NCBI RefSeq assembly: GCF_037042905.1
Contig: NC_087248.1
Coordinates: forward strand, 6,634,001-6,698,000
DNA: 64,000 bases
Direction of reading: 5' to 3'
DNA from: Lytechinus pictus
Lineage: Eukaryota
How positions within the stretch are numbered: position 1 is the first letter of the stretch; the number at the start of each line of letters is the position of its first letter. Both the position numbers and the translations under genes were made by a program. This document shows, piece by piece, positions 1-13,200 of this stretch. Under the pieces are notes generated by a model. It did no database searches, was not told where the DNA came from, and was given only the letters and a program-made list of their open reading frames with translations.

Positions 1-3000
1 TAGGCTTTAGATTAAACGTCATGCATCATAAAGTTGTGATAAAATAGAAATGCCTGTTGTTCACACCGAAGAGATGGACTTGGACTAGGAGAACCACAAG
101 TAATCCTTCCTGGGTGATTAAATGAATATTATTACAAATATGATATTTTAATGGATTTCAAGTATTTGTTGGATCTCCTCTTGGCTTTGATTGCATCTTG
201 AGCTATATAAAAATGGTACGTTGGCAATTTTGTATAAAAACATTGCTTTTTCATTATTTGATGCGTAAGGAATTTTATGAATTTAATTATTAATGCTCCC
301 GATATATCCACCAATTCTATTTATAGACTCTCAGCTGTAATTTGAGCTTGTCTCACTTCTATATCCACCTAGAGTATTTTCTTATTTAATGGATGATTGC
401 ATTTTACACCGATTTCATAGTTTTGGTTTGATATTTGATCATGGCTCAATTATGTAGCGTAGGCTTTCCAGACGCCATGTGGAGATGTAAAACTTCTCTT
501 CCAGACAATTTAGAAATTTCCTCTTTGATTTGATCAGGGAGAAACAAATCATAGTCTGGAGAAACATGAAATTTGATTTTAATTTCTAAATGCATGCACC
601 CCATGAAAATGAAGGCAAAGGATTTGATTGAAAGTGGCAGTTTATGACCCTGGTTACCCTCTTGGCCCATGACCTGGGCAGGTATCATGGTGACAAGACT
701 TCAAACTTGACACCGGTACCGTCAGCTCACCCGTATTTACGCTGGCACTCAAACAGGGGTAAAATGGTTTAATCTTTGTGATCTTTGGGTAACAGGTTCC
801 AAAATTGTTTGAAAACAGAATGTGATCATGTTCCATGCATGGTATCATTAATCGTGGGATTTGGTTTCATAACAGTATGAATAGTAATAGAAACCATGAA
901 GATTTTATGTTGGGGGGGGGGTGGAGAGGTGTTATTGGAGGAAGAAAGAGTAATTAATGGTTAGTAAAGATCAAAAGTGCATGCTATTTGCTTGTCTTTT
1001 TTCTTTCCTGATGATTATACCCTGTTAATTTTTTTATGGATTTTCTAAACTGAAGAAAACAGTATTTTTGTTTTCTTCTGTGAAACGCAATACTCGGAAC
1101 TCCAAATTTTTGTTTTGACATCATCTGCCATTGATGACAGTCCTCCAAATGAATTGATATCTGAACACATATGAAAGAGAGATTAATGGACGATTCTCCC
1201 AGTTGGGAAATGTGATTCTATCCATGGCACACTTAAAAGCCATCTAGACATTGAAAGCTAGGTCAAGATACCTTGTGAAGTTGTGATATATCATGCAATC
1301 CATACCGCCCATCGTTTTACCAGGGGTGTCAAAACATCCGAGGTACCTAATACCAGAATATGCAGGGTAATAATGGCCTATTCACACTCATTTCTTAGAG
1401 CATGATTTGAAATGACATTTGTGAGATCGTGATCTAGCTGGTGGGTTTAGAGCCATTATTTTCATCTGTTCATGCATGAAAGTGTGAGAGTGATACCAGT
1501 TTTCTAATTTCACTATTAGTATTAGCCTCCTTTCAGTGATTTTAAGTTAAAGCACTAAAAACTTTGTGCATTCAGTTGTTAAAGATAATCCTCATGGGTT
1601 TCTGAATAGAGATTTAATCTTGATTAAAGCATCAGATCTTGAGGTTCTGTTCAGGAATCTCACGTTTAATCATGCATATTTGCACCTGATGTGAAAGTCT
1701 CTATCATGGACAAGTTGCTGGTAGCTTCGGCATGCACTGTCTACAGTCGTATCACAAATGTCAGTGAGTTACCCAGTTAACCCTCACCAATACCCCTCCT
1801 ATTTGTGTGTCCCACCTCAGCTAAGTCTTTCTTTTTACCCCCCCCCCCCTCTTCTCTCACCTATGTACTTATCTGAATGATCCCTCCCCCTCCTTGCACC
1901 CCACCCCTCTCTATTCTCACCAATCACATCGTCTCTTTTCGCAAGTCAGTAATCAAACCCCTCCAAATCCTGTCATATCAGCCGTGATTGTATACCTTCG
2001 TTCAAATCGGCGACTCCAAGAGCTAATCCCCCTGAGCAACCAGTGAAAGTAGCTTGCTTTTCTTTGGAGTTTATTCAATGTCCAGACCTCCAAGCCGGCC
2101 TGACGTAGGAGCATGATAATGCTGGTAGTAGATGGATGGCTTCCCTTGACCAACGGTCAGTCGCAGCTCCCAGATCTCACTAGATATTGTTTGAACATCA
2201 TGTAGCGGCAGACATGGGTTGATAAAACAATTAGGAAGTCTGCATTGTCTTTGAGTGTAATTGCCAGAAGTGATCTTGACTGGCCAATAATTTGTTTGGA
2301 AAATTTCAGTTTGGAATCTGCTTGTGAACTTTCAAGGAGTTTATTCTTAATTTTTGGATGTATTACACTTGTATAAGTTTACAAGAACAAGAAGAAACAT
2401 ACATGTAAACAATTACCTACACTTGGATGTTGTTCATAATTTATATTGCAATTGTTTCTGATATGGATGACTGACATACATGACTTTGGCCAACAGGAAG
2501 GTGTTTGCCAGAGATGTACTCATAGCCAGCGTAACTTATTACTCCAGTCAACTCTTAGGAATGTTCTTGGTCTCACTTATCAACGTTTCATCATGTTTAT
2601 ACATCAGCATAGATCATTCATTAAACTGATAAATGTGAAGCCCATGCAGGTGTCTTGATAATACTTTTCACTTACGAACTTTCTGACTGTATCCATCATG
2701 CCATTAGCTAAAAGCCGCTCAATGCCCGGCTCCCTTGCAAGGCAATGGGTAAGTCTGTCCGGTATTTCTGTTCTTTGGAATGTTTTATTACTACTGAATA
2801 CACAGCATAGACCTTGTTCAAGCAGATTGCACCACTGTGTATACACATCAAATCTACAAACCTCTGTCATATAATTGCCAAGAAAAAGCTGTTTGATTAA
2901 ATAATGAAGAAGCCCTTTGACCTACTTACATTTTGTCATTCTGAAAAGACTTGCTTTAGGCATATGGATTAAGAAATGGGCTTTTATAATAAGTTCAAAT

Positions 3001-6000
3001 TTGAAAATAAGAGAATATGCTATAAATATAATGTTATTATTTTTTGTTTCAGTTTCGATAGACCTCTTCATTTTTGTGACTTGTCTGCAATTTGCAGTTT
3101 AGGGCTTTTGGAATAGGCCATACATGTAGGTCCTAAACATCTATTTAGAGTATGAGAAGGAGAGAAAAAAAGGAAGGAGGAAAAAATGAGTGAAATAAAG
3201 CGGGAAGGTACTTCAGTTATCATTTGTAATGTGGGTGTGTGTTATCTCCCAAAACATGAATCTGAATACTAACTGCCCCAATTTCTTTCAATGTTTCAAT
3301 TCTGACGATTCTGAATAGCGTCTGTTGTTCGAAATCAGGCCATCTTCCGGATTTACACAGCTTGACCACTTTTACAACTTTTTCATTTCCACTTTTTGAC
3401 ATTCTTGGCACTTCAAAGCGCTGATTGCATTGTCGACTGTGTTGAGAGCAAATATGGTCTGAACCATAGAAATCTGGTGCACAGACTTCAAAACCACAGC
3501 AACGATGCTCCTATTGTTGCTCTATTGTGACCTCATATTGCTAGAGGAGGATTTGCAGTGATAAGTGAAAGTGATGTGTGTGGGGTATTGCTTATATGGT
3601 CAGATTTACATCATAATAAATGGATTTATCATAGAATTGTATAAAAGTAGAATATAATGATAGTCCATGCTTTATCATATTTTTTTCAATTAATGGTCCA
3701 GGCTTACGTCTATTTTGTACAGGTTTGCACAACTTGCTATTTTTACTTTATACTCTACTATATTTCAGGTGAATCATGTATGGCTTCCGTCATTAATGGA
3801 CAAAAATTACTCAAGGCTTTATACAAAACAAGCATTTAATATTGGACCAGTTATGGTGTCTAAGATTGGATGATTAACAATAATTATTGTTGGACTTGTT
3901 TTTATGAAGTTATTCACCCCTTGCATTGCATTCAAATGTCAAATTGCATTGAATTTGAGCTTATGTGCTGGAGACATCTTGATTTGTTACTCACAACATG
4001 ATTTATGTAATTGTGGTCTTGGTGATTGGATTCATTGTTCTTGTACAGATCACAGTATCTCTTTATGATGAGTTGATGACATTATCTGTCTTCTTTTTTT
4101 ACATACTTCATAATTTGCTCAAATATTACATCTGTTAAATATGCTGAAAAACTCACAAACTGAAGATATTTGTACACTTGAAGATTTGCATAGCATTTGA
4201 TTTATTTCCATTGTGCTTTGAAATTTGGACATTTGTTATTACCAGTTGAGTGGAGTGTGAGTCTTCTTTCAACTTTCTCTTTCATATTCATCATCACATT
4301 CTTCTTGTATTCTTCCTTTATCTTTCTATGAATCATTTATTTCATTCCATTCTTTATATTTTGATCGCCTTCTCTATAGTCCACTTTGCCTCTGCCGCCT
4401 TGATTGAAAATCTATTCACTCCATTGGTTATTGCATTGGCATGTGAAAAGTGACAAGAAATAGAGAATCTCCTCTCTACATGCAGTTTCTCTTTGATGAG
4501 CAGAGTTTTAAATCTTGTTTAATCTCGGCTTGACTGAGTTCTATTGAAAAGATGGAGACTAGAATAGGAAATAAACCAAGGACAACTTCTTTGTCATGAA
4601 AAGTTCTTCAAACAGTGCAGTATTGACACTTTTCTTTTTTCCTCCGCAGCTGAGCCGTGATGGTATGAATAGAAAGCAATACTCATGTCCTCCCCTTTTT
4701 AATCAGTTACATAATATAAATATAACTCATGCTCTGGTGATATGTGTGCATAAACCACATGGGGGTCGTTGGACTGGTCCCATTTTATCTACATTATTTA
4801 CGAAAGATAAATGTTCTTCAAGGAAAATTATGGATCATAGAGGATTGTAAGTATTCATAAGAATAACTGACACATTTGAAGTAAATGTTCCCAATGGAAG
4901 TACACAGAATGCGGCACAAGGTTGAAGTAAAGAGATTCCTTTCTCAATCAGGCAAGATTTTGTAAATAGGATAGAATTACTGAGCTTTTAATAGGTGGGT
5001 GTACAAGGTTGAGAGATTTGGTTATAGATCGATGCAGGCCTTCTCAATAACTTATTTAAGTTATTTTCCAAAATTATGTATTGATTTTATATACTGGTAT
5101 ATACTACATTGTCCAAATTATTTTATTTATATTATGTGGATATATTTCAAATAGCCATGAAATGTGATCTCTTCAAGAGAAAAATATCCTTTTTTTAGAT
5201 TATATGAGAGAGTCAGGCCTTCAGTCGTGATTTTCTTATTAGAAATTGATAGTGCGATACATATTTTGAATGGTTTCATAACCATTTGTGTGTATTTTTG
5301 GAAATAGTACCAGTATTAGTCTTAGTGTATAAAACTGTATATTTATATCTTGATAACTAATATGCAAGTTGTTTTTTCTCAATGGTGCTTTATGTAATAT
5401 GGTCAATGAGGAAGCGTAATTATAGCAGGGAGTTGGGATATTGTCACTATTTGTTACCATACATGGCAATGCAAATTTGGTGTCTTGAGACGTTGAGTGG
5501 CCGACCCTTTGCTGCATATCATTCTGTTTTAGTTGTAGCGGTGCTATATCGAGACTGTGATGTTATCATCCGAAAGTGCAATAGATAGTGCATCTGTAGG
5601 TCCAGTTTAAAGTAACAGCTATCCTTGTCACAATCACCCATCCCAAGTGAGGATTAAGATAACCGATTTGTAAATTATCTCTTTCTTGAAGTAACATGTT
5701 TGGTTTGTGTATCAATGAAATCCCAGTGAATGTAAACAGTTATGATGCAAAGGAGTTACCGAGCCCACCCATTATTCAACCGCAAAGCTTCTAACCAAGT
5801 CCATTTTAAAGCAAATATCATGAGGATAATTATGATACCGCAAGTTGGGGCGACTTTCAGAAGTCTTGCTATTCCAGTGTCAAGGTCATTGGCCATAAGG
5901 ATATTAACATATTTCAGATTTAGATTGATATTCGTATTACACAATTATGTTGCCCCCCAGGCAATACAATTTTTATTCTATACTCTTTCTTTTATGTCTT

Positions 6001-6309
6001 ATTCACAATCTAGCAACTAGAATTCGTTTTATAAGGTTGATATTAAATTACACCGATAATGAATGTATTTTAAAATACATAATTACTTTAGATAATGATA
6101 ATGACAAAATGATTGAGATAAAACTTAATAGTACTTAATAGTCATTTTTCACTCTTTTTCAATGAAGTAGTTGGTTGGTCAAAGAATAACAGCACTTGAA
6201 GATTTTACACCCTTCCTTCTTAGAAATAAGAATGGAATTCAAAGTATTACTCATTGTTTATCATTTATGATGTACATGGTATGATTACTAGACAAGAATG
6301 AATAACTAG

Positions 6310-6788
6310 AGGTGGTTTCAGACCGCCTCGAAGTTCGCCAGTTCCAGGTATTCTCTGATCGGGAAATTTACCCCGATCAGAAAATACCAGGTATTTTGGC
6401 GGTCTGAAAGCAAATTACGCGTAATATCCCCGAAAGAAAATACCCGATAAATAGTAGGTACTTGGCGAAATTACGAGAACTTTCGCGGGGATTTTTTCCA
6501 AGGTCGTGGGTATTTTGGCGGTCTGAAAGCAAATTACGGGAACTTTTAGCCCAGCGTGTCGTTGGGTGCGGCGCCGTGCATGGGTTGCTGCTGGGCTAGT
6601 GATTTTGAATTTCGCGCCTTGCTGCTTATCAGACCATAGTGCGCATGCTCGTAACTTCAGGAACTTATCCCGAAGGGTATGTTTCAGGGCGGTGTGAATG
6701 CAGGAATAATTAATGGGTATTTTTCAGCCTAAAAAAGTTCTCGTAATTTAACGGGGATTCTTGTGATCGAGGCGGTTTGAAACCACCT
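6310..6788. mobile_element. Non-autonomous DNA transposon (MITE), PIF/Harbinger-like
   Basis: TIRs aggtggtttcagaccgcctcga / tcgaggcggtttgaaaccacct; 3-bp TSD TAG (6307-6309, 6789-6791); internal repeat gtattttggcggtctgaaagcaaattacg occurs twice. Confidence 0.85.
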
Positions 6789-7106
6789 TAGGTGATGGAA
6801 TTTCTATATCAGGTAAAGCGATCATCTTTGTGGTCACTATCAAGTCTCACTAAATCCACTTCATTAATCAGCTGATAAACCATCTGCCAAGAGATAACTG
6901 ATTTATGCGTAAAACTTGGACTTTGAAGTTTGCCATATGAGGCAAAGGTAGGAGGGAGCGTTCCGCACTGTTATTATGACACTTTAAATGTCATTTGCGT
7001 TTGAGCATTACGTCGGAGAGTCTTTTATTTCTCTCTGTCGGTGAATAGAGCATATTCTATTCATGATTTTATTAATTTTTTGTGGATTTTAAATTAACAT
7101 CTCAAG

Positions 7107-7157
7107 ATGGAAGATGGTAACATTGAATGGTACATCAATAGGAGAAGGCATCTACAT
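7107..7157 (+). CDS. ARHGAP20: Probable first coding exon of the ARHGAP20-like gene (MEDGNIEWYINRRRHLH)
   Basis: caagATGG Kozak context, 17 codons and a CAT|GTGAGT donor. Its phase 0 matches the phase-0 acceptor at 10167. No homology support. Confidence 0.45.
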
Positions 7158-7837
7158 GTGAGTATATTTATTGCTCAATTCAGAACTTAAACTTCATGAT
7201 TTCAATATTCCACTGAGTTAACACCTTTTCGATGCCAACCAGGATCGTGTTCCATAAAGCTTTCATGCATATTTTACGAAATCAATTAAATATTTTAATT
7301 TCAGGATAGTAAGAAAAAGCCATCCACAAACATTCATAGGAAAACAGTGTAGGTTTTAGCTTGTGTGTAAGTATTTGAGCCATTATTATTTTCAATTACA
7401 GAATACAATTTTTCAATAATATTTTTCGTTCATTTTAACGGATGCATGGAGCTCATTACGTTGAAGCGCATTCCAATCAGTGATTCTCTTGCGAAATAAC
7501 AGTGTGTAATGAACCCTACATAGTTAGTTCTTTCCTGGTCGTTAATGTGCCATTGATAGGCTTAAGAATATAATTTCAACGGCTCATTCCTACCTGCATA
7601 TAAGTTATGGATATTACCAACGTTGTAAAATACCATGGTCTGATATTTGATATTACCATGAAGGTACGGTAGGTATATTATGTTTTGGCGGTATCCTTAC
7701 CAGTCTGGGCGTGATCCATGGCCAGGGCAACATTGGGCAAGACCGAGAGCGAAATTCCCCATCACATCATTGCGGAAAAACTTAATCACATAGTTGTGGA
7801 ACATTGTAGAAAACTCCATGGCTTGGGATTGATTTAA

Positions 7838-8231
7838 AGATAAATTCCAGCTGTGGGAACGATCTCAAAATGACTTTTTACAGAATTTAATATAATGATC
7901 ACCAAAGTGACTGTTTGTATGAATAAAAAATATGTGCCAAAGGATTCTGGAAGAAATTGTGTAATTGCTGAGAAATAAGCAAAATAAGCGCGGATTTGGT
8001 CACTTCCGTCGGGTCGTTATTCCAGCAATTATAATACACTGTCCCACGTGTGCCTATCTGTGTTGGCGATCTTTAGTGTGATCGTTTTTTAGCTAGATAT
8101 TATGATTTCACAAAGTTCAGTTTTTGTAACTGTACCAGATCTAGATCCACGATGATATATCAATACTTTACCTTAGTTTTACAGACTTTCTCACGAAATC
8201 AGTGTTTTACTGCAACTACGTTCATTTAGCT
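7838..8231. mobile_element. TTAA-flanked non-autonomous element (Kolobok/T2-type)
   Basis: TTAA|agataaat ... atttagct|TTAA with short imperfect TIRs. Confidence 0.55.
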
Positions 8232-10166
8232 TTAAGGAAATGTAATAAGGTAAATCTACAAATTTTAATCTGGTTTGTCCCTGTCGTAAGGGTTGAGCAG
8301 ATTTTCCTCACATCCTCAGCAAAAGAACCCTTCATTCCTCTTGCCTTATTCAGCGCGTCCCCCATCATCAAGCCAACCCTCCTAGTCTAAGTTAATATTT
8401 CAGTAGGATTCCTCATATACTCTTCACTCTTCTGATAGTGACTTTCCACTCATGTAGGAGCTCATTGTAACTCATAATTGTACCTCATACGGCAGATATT
8501 AATTACAATTTTTACAAAATGGGCTCGTGGCCCCAAGATGAAACATTTCTGCATTTCTAACTTATAATTTTAATTAATTCATTCATTTTTTGTGGGGGGG
8601 ACTCCAAGTGTGGCAAATAAGGCTCTCTACACATAATCAAACCTACCCCATTGGCCTCATTAATTTTCTTCTATCTTTGGTATCCACCCCCGGTTATGAC
8701 TAAAAACGGCAATGTCATGAAATTGAATTCAACTAGATAGCTAGAGGATCATATGAGAAATCTGATATTTTGAAGAGGCACTGTGTGAAGACAGATTCGA
8801 TGTGGAAATAAAATATACCGGATGCATGCTACCCTCGGAAGCAATACTCCATTTCGCAAGTCAATTTCAGGGTTGAAAATAATGCACATATCACTCAGCT
8901 GACTATTCGTCGTGGATTTGGCGGTTATTTTCTCTCATGATATGCTGGTATATTTTTCCATTTTTAGGTCGGAGCAAAATACCCATATTTTGAAATTTCA
9001 TTTAAGTTGATCATTTGTTGTCCTTGTAAGCTATATAGAGCTGTTGAATATTTCATGCCTACTCAGAATTGTTGCATCTCTCGGAGCATATGGTTTACTT
9101 TTAACGGAGTTCAATGGATTCGCCACGCTTTCTTTCAGAAAGCTGTCAACGCACAAACATTTTGGTATAATCTGAATAAGAATCTCAGTCAAAGTCATTG
9201 CATTTGGTAGCCCTTCAAATTCATTGAGAATGTTAGAGCAGTTTGTACATATCTGGGTGAGCTGCATTGTAATCATATTTTCTTGAATCGCCAGAATAAT
9301 TCATAGCTGTCATATTGTACTGAAGTAACACATTTATGAATATTGTTTACTTTTCTCTGCTATCTGGAGCATCAAGTTCATGTATTAAAGGCCTACATTT
9401 GTTGCCATTATAACCTGATATGTATTTTAACCTGAATAGTAAAAATTTCAACATTGTAAGACTTTGATATGAGAGACATTGTTTTCTCTTTCCTTTGTAT
9501 AAATGATACTATTCGTCTGAATATAGTTGAAGTGTGAACTTGAGAATGATTTTTACAACAAAGATATTCTAGGATTTTGCCCTTCATGTTGGGTGTTATT
9601 GCACAGTATGTGGCGTGGAATGATATATTTGTTTAAAATACAAGCTCTTTAAAGGTATTAGATCAAAGTACATCAATAAAGATCTTCAGTCTTATTATCA
9701 GCTAAGATGAATATTTCTTGAAGAAAGTTGGCAAGGGCATAGTGCTGTCAAAATCTACAACATATTGTGAAAATAATTGTTACCTCTGAAAAGTCTTTTT
9801 TAACAATTCATTGATAGAGCAGAGTCATTTTTTCCAATGACTGATTATGTGGGTTGATGTTCTGCTGTTGTATCATATCTTTTATAAATGTTGACTTAGA
9901 ATGAGGGAATATCATAATAGTGATTCCTACTAGATCATGTTCACATTATAACATACTTATCAAGGACATTTCCTTTTGTATAATGTTTGGATACGTTTTG
10001 CCATTTGGTTCTTCTTTGAATGTGAATGTGTATCTAGATAATAACGATCCCTTAATGTTTGTCCTTTGAAATCATTTTTCTTTCATGCGTCATACATCAA
10101 TTTGTAAATCCTGATTTGATATATCACGTATTTAATTTTCTTTCCTATTATATTTTATATCTACAG

Positions 10167-10267
10167 AAATTCAAGGCCTTGTCTACGAGGCGGCGGTCAG
10201 CCCCTGTAACGGTCATCAAGAGTGCATTGACCACCTCATCAAAACTCAAGACAATACAGGATAAGAG
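10167..10267 (+). CDS. ARHGAP20: ARHGAP20-like exon (KFKALSTRRRSAP...)
   Basis: ctacag acceptor and AG|GTAATT donor; resembles the recalled KMKTLAERRRSAP segment of ARHGAP20. Confidence 0.85.
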
Positions 10268-13200
10268 GTAATTTGCATATCAGTAGATTCTTATATTTCT
10301 ATAGACTAATTTATCTTCTACAACTTTTTTTAAGAGAGGGGGGTTATACTCTAGGTCATATTCTTATCCGACCCCTCAAGTTAATGATCATTGTCCCCCG
10401 CCTCCCCCCCCCCCTTTTAGCGGCCCCCATTATTTCTTTCTTTATCATATTATTTCAGGTTCTTTAAAATTGACAGAAATATCTTTACATAGAAAGAAAT
10501 TTCCTAAGAAGACCATCTTGACAGAATGTGAAAATGATTGCATATAATTCCCTGTCATAAAAAAAACCTTATGTATAGATAATAATATGGGACCACAACA
10601 AACAGTGTAGTAGAGTTAAATCGTGCAGATTGTCATGTAGTTCCTCATAATCAAGACTCCCTGATAACTCTATTTGCCATCCAAGGCGGCTGGTTAGTGC
10701 TAAAGAGCTACTCTTCAAATAGAGTTATGTATGATTATTGATGATTGCGTGCCTGCAGGGGTTAGGGATCAATATAGATAAACAAGATTATTTGCTATTT
10801 ATCTTTCCCTGGTGTTCATTTTCAGATGTTCATAGTCTGTTGTTTTACCCAGGGACGAGGTAGCAAGCTTTAAATAGGGCCTACAGTGCATGTATACAAG
10901 TTGACACTTCAATATTGTGTGCAATTTAGTGACATTTCTGGCCTGAAACTAGGGGTTTTGAAAGATTGTTAAATCTTTAGTTCAAGCTACAACCCCATTA
11001 TCACAGTTTAGAAGCATAATTGTATGCATTTAATGTGATCATGGATGATATAAAGTAACTTGCAGGTGAAGAAAAAAAAAGATGCATTTCTGATTTCAAT
11101 TGATTGTGGTAATTATGGAAATAGATGTTGGTCATATGTTTACCACTCCTATCGAGGCCTTGATCTAGACAATGAAAGCTAGAAGATACTATTTTTAAAA
11201 TGTGGGACTCGTGAGGCCTTTGAAAAGCCATTACCCTCTCTTTCAACCCTCTGTCTCTTTCATAGAGGTGAAAAACATAAACAAAAATTCAAATAAAAGC
11301 AAAAAACATTCCACTTTGGTACCTGGGAATGGGTTTTGATGAGAATAATAATCGCTATTGTGCTCAATATCTGCCTTTCAGTGTGATAGTATTTGCTATC
11401 TTCTCCTATGTAGTGTATTCCTAATCCACACTATTTCAAATATTCCCTCTGACAGCAAAATTCTTATTCTAATAATTTTTACAAGTACATGTTTTTCAAA
11501 AACATGTTTTTATATTCCATTGAGTATCGCTGAAAAGGTGTACTAGTATGCCAGCCCAAAGCCCCTTGGAAACTACATAACAGGATCCTCAATATACCCC
11601 CTTCAAAGAATGGCTCCTTTTCTGTTCAAATTTTTCCCATTCAACCACAAGAATGTTGCAAGTTTGTGCCGCAGTCATGACCGTGGCAGAGCCGAGCAAA
11701 GTCACACAATAATCCGCGTCGTCTTAACACGATCAGGCAGCGTCTGAATATAAGAAAACAAAAATTGTAGAAAAACAACCACAGGATATTTGTGCAGGGT
11801 TTTGAAGAGTACAGAACAAAAAAATGTATAAAACAAATTACATGAACTTGATGAAAGGCTTTAATACTGGTACAGCCTGAGGGTACTCTTTGTCATACTT
11901 TGTTATTGGGATTTGATATTAACTTCTTCAGATATTAAAGAATGTTTCTGTTTGAATATGTAAACATGAAGGTGTCTTGTACTTTTAGGCATTGTTCTTG
12001 GGTTTTTGTTTGGATAAAATAAACTCAAAAATCAAATAGATGATTCATCTATTTCCTTTGTTTTTAAGTTCAAGATAGCTCTGGTGCCTTTGTTAATATG
12101 TTATCAAGACTAATATCAGTATTACTTGAATTCTGTGCTTACAAACTGTTTAATGCAATGATTGTACCCTTAAAGGGATGATCCGGGCTGAAAATATTTA
12201 TATCTTAATACATAGAGTAGAATTCACTGAGCAAAATGCCGAAAATTTCATCAAAATCGGATAAGAAATAATAAAGTTATCGAAGTCTTAAGTTTAGCAA
12301 TATTTTGTGAAAACAGTCGTCATGAATATTCATTAGGTGGGCTAATGATGTCACATTTTCACTTTCCGTTTTTTTTTATGTTATGTCATAAAATCATAAT
12401 TTTTTCATTATTTCATACTTGTGTGAATAATATGTCTCCCTTATAATGAAATATGTTGCAGCAATAAATATCTAATGCACTAAATCAGTTGTCAATCCAA
12501 TTTTTCTAGTTCTTGGAGGAAAAAATTTAAATAAACCTAATTTCATATAATGAAATACAAAAGAACAAGTGGGGATGGGACATCATCAGCCCACCTAATG
12601 AATATTCATGACGACTGTTTTCACAAAATATTGCTAAACTTAAGACTTCGATAACTTTATTATTTCTTATCCGATTTTGATGAAATTTCGGCATTTTGCT
12701 CAGTGAATTCTACTCTATTTATGAAGCTATAAATACTTTCGGACCGGACAATCCCTTTAATTGAATTGGTACAGTATTATCAAGGCGGCATTTGAAGTAT
12801 AGAGATATCAGAGATTTTGCTCGAAGTATAATAGAAAGTGATAGAAATTTGTTGACAGAAGTTGTTTTAATGAGGGATGCCACTGGTGGTTTGAGCCTAC
12901 CTTTACCCCTTCAAGCAATACGCTTCATGCTGTGCATCTTGTATCAGTGAGTGATAGGAAAGTAATAAACAAGCATTCCTCTGTAGATGAGAAGGAATAT
13001 GAAATATCAAAATTCAGGGTATCGCGTTTCCAACTGCAATATTTTGTGCAATTATCGTTTGGGTCATCTTAGTGTATTTCTTTCCTACCGATCACCCTTG
13101 AGCACGAACTTTCACGTGAACTGTCACAATTTTGTCACAAAGATAAGGAAAACTGGGACAAATATGAATTTTGTCTATTTTGGTTATTGTATCTGAGCCA

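Noticed and set aside
2136-2155. ATG micro-exon MASLDQR with a CG|GTCAGT donor
   Set aside because: Too short, weak donor and wrong phase for the 10167 exon; cannot be distinguished from chance.
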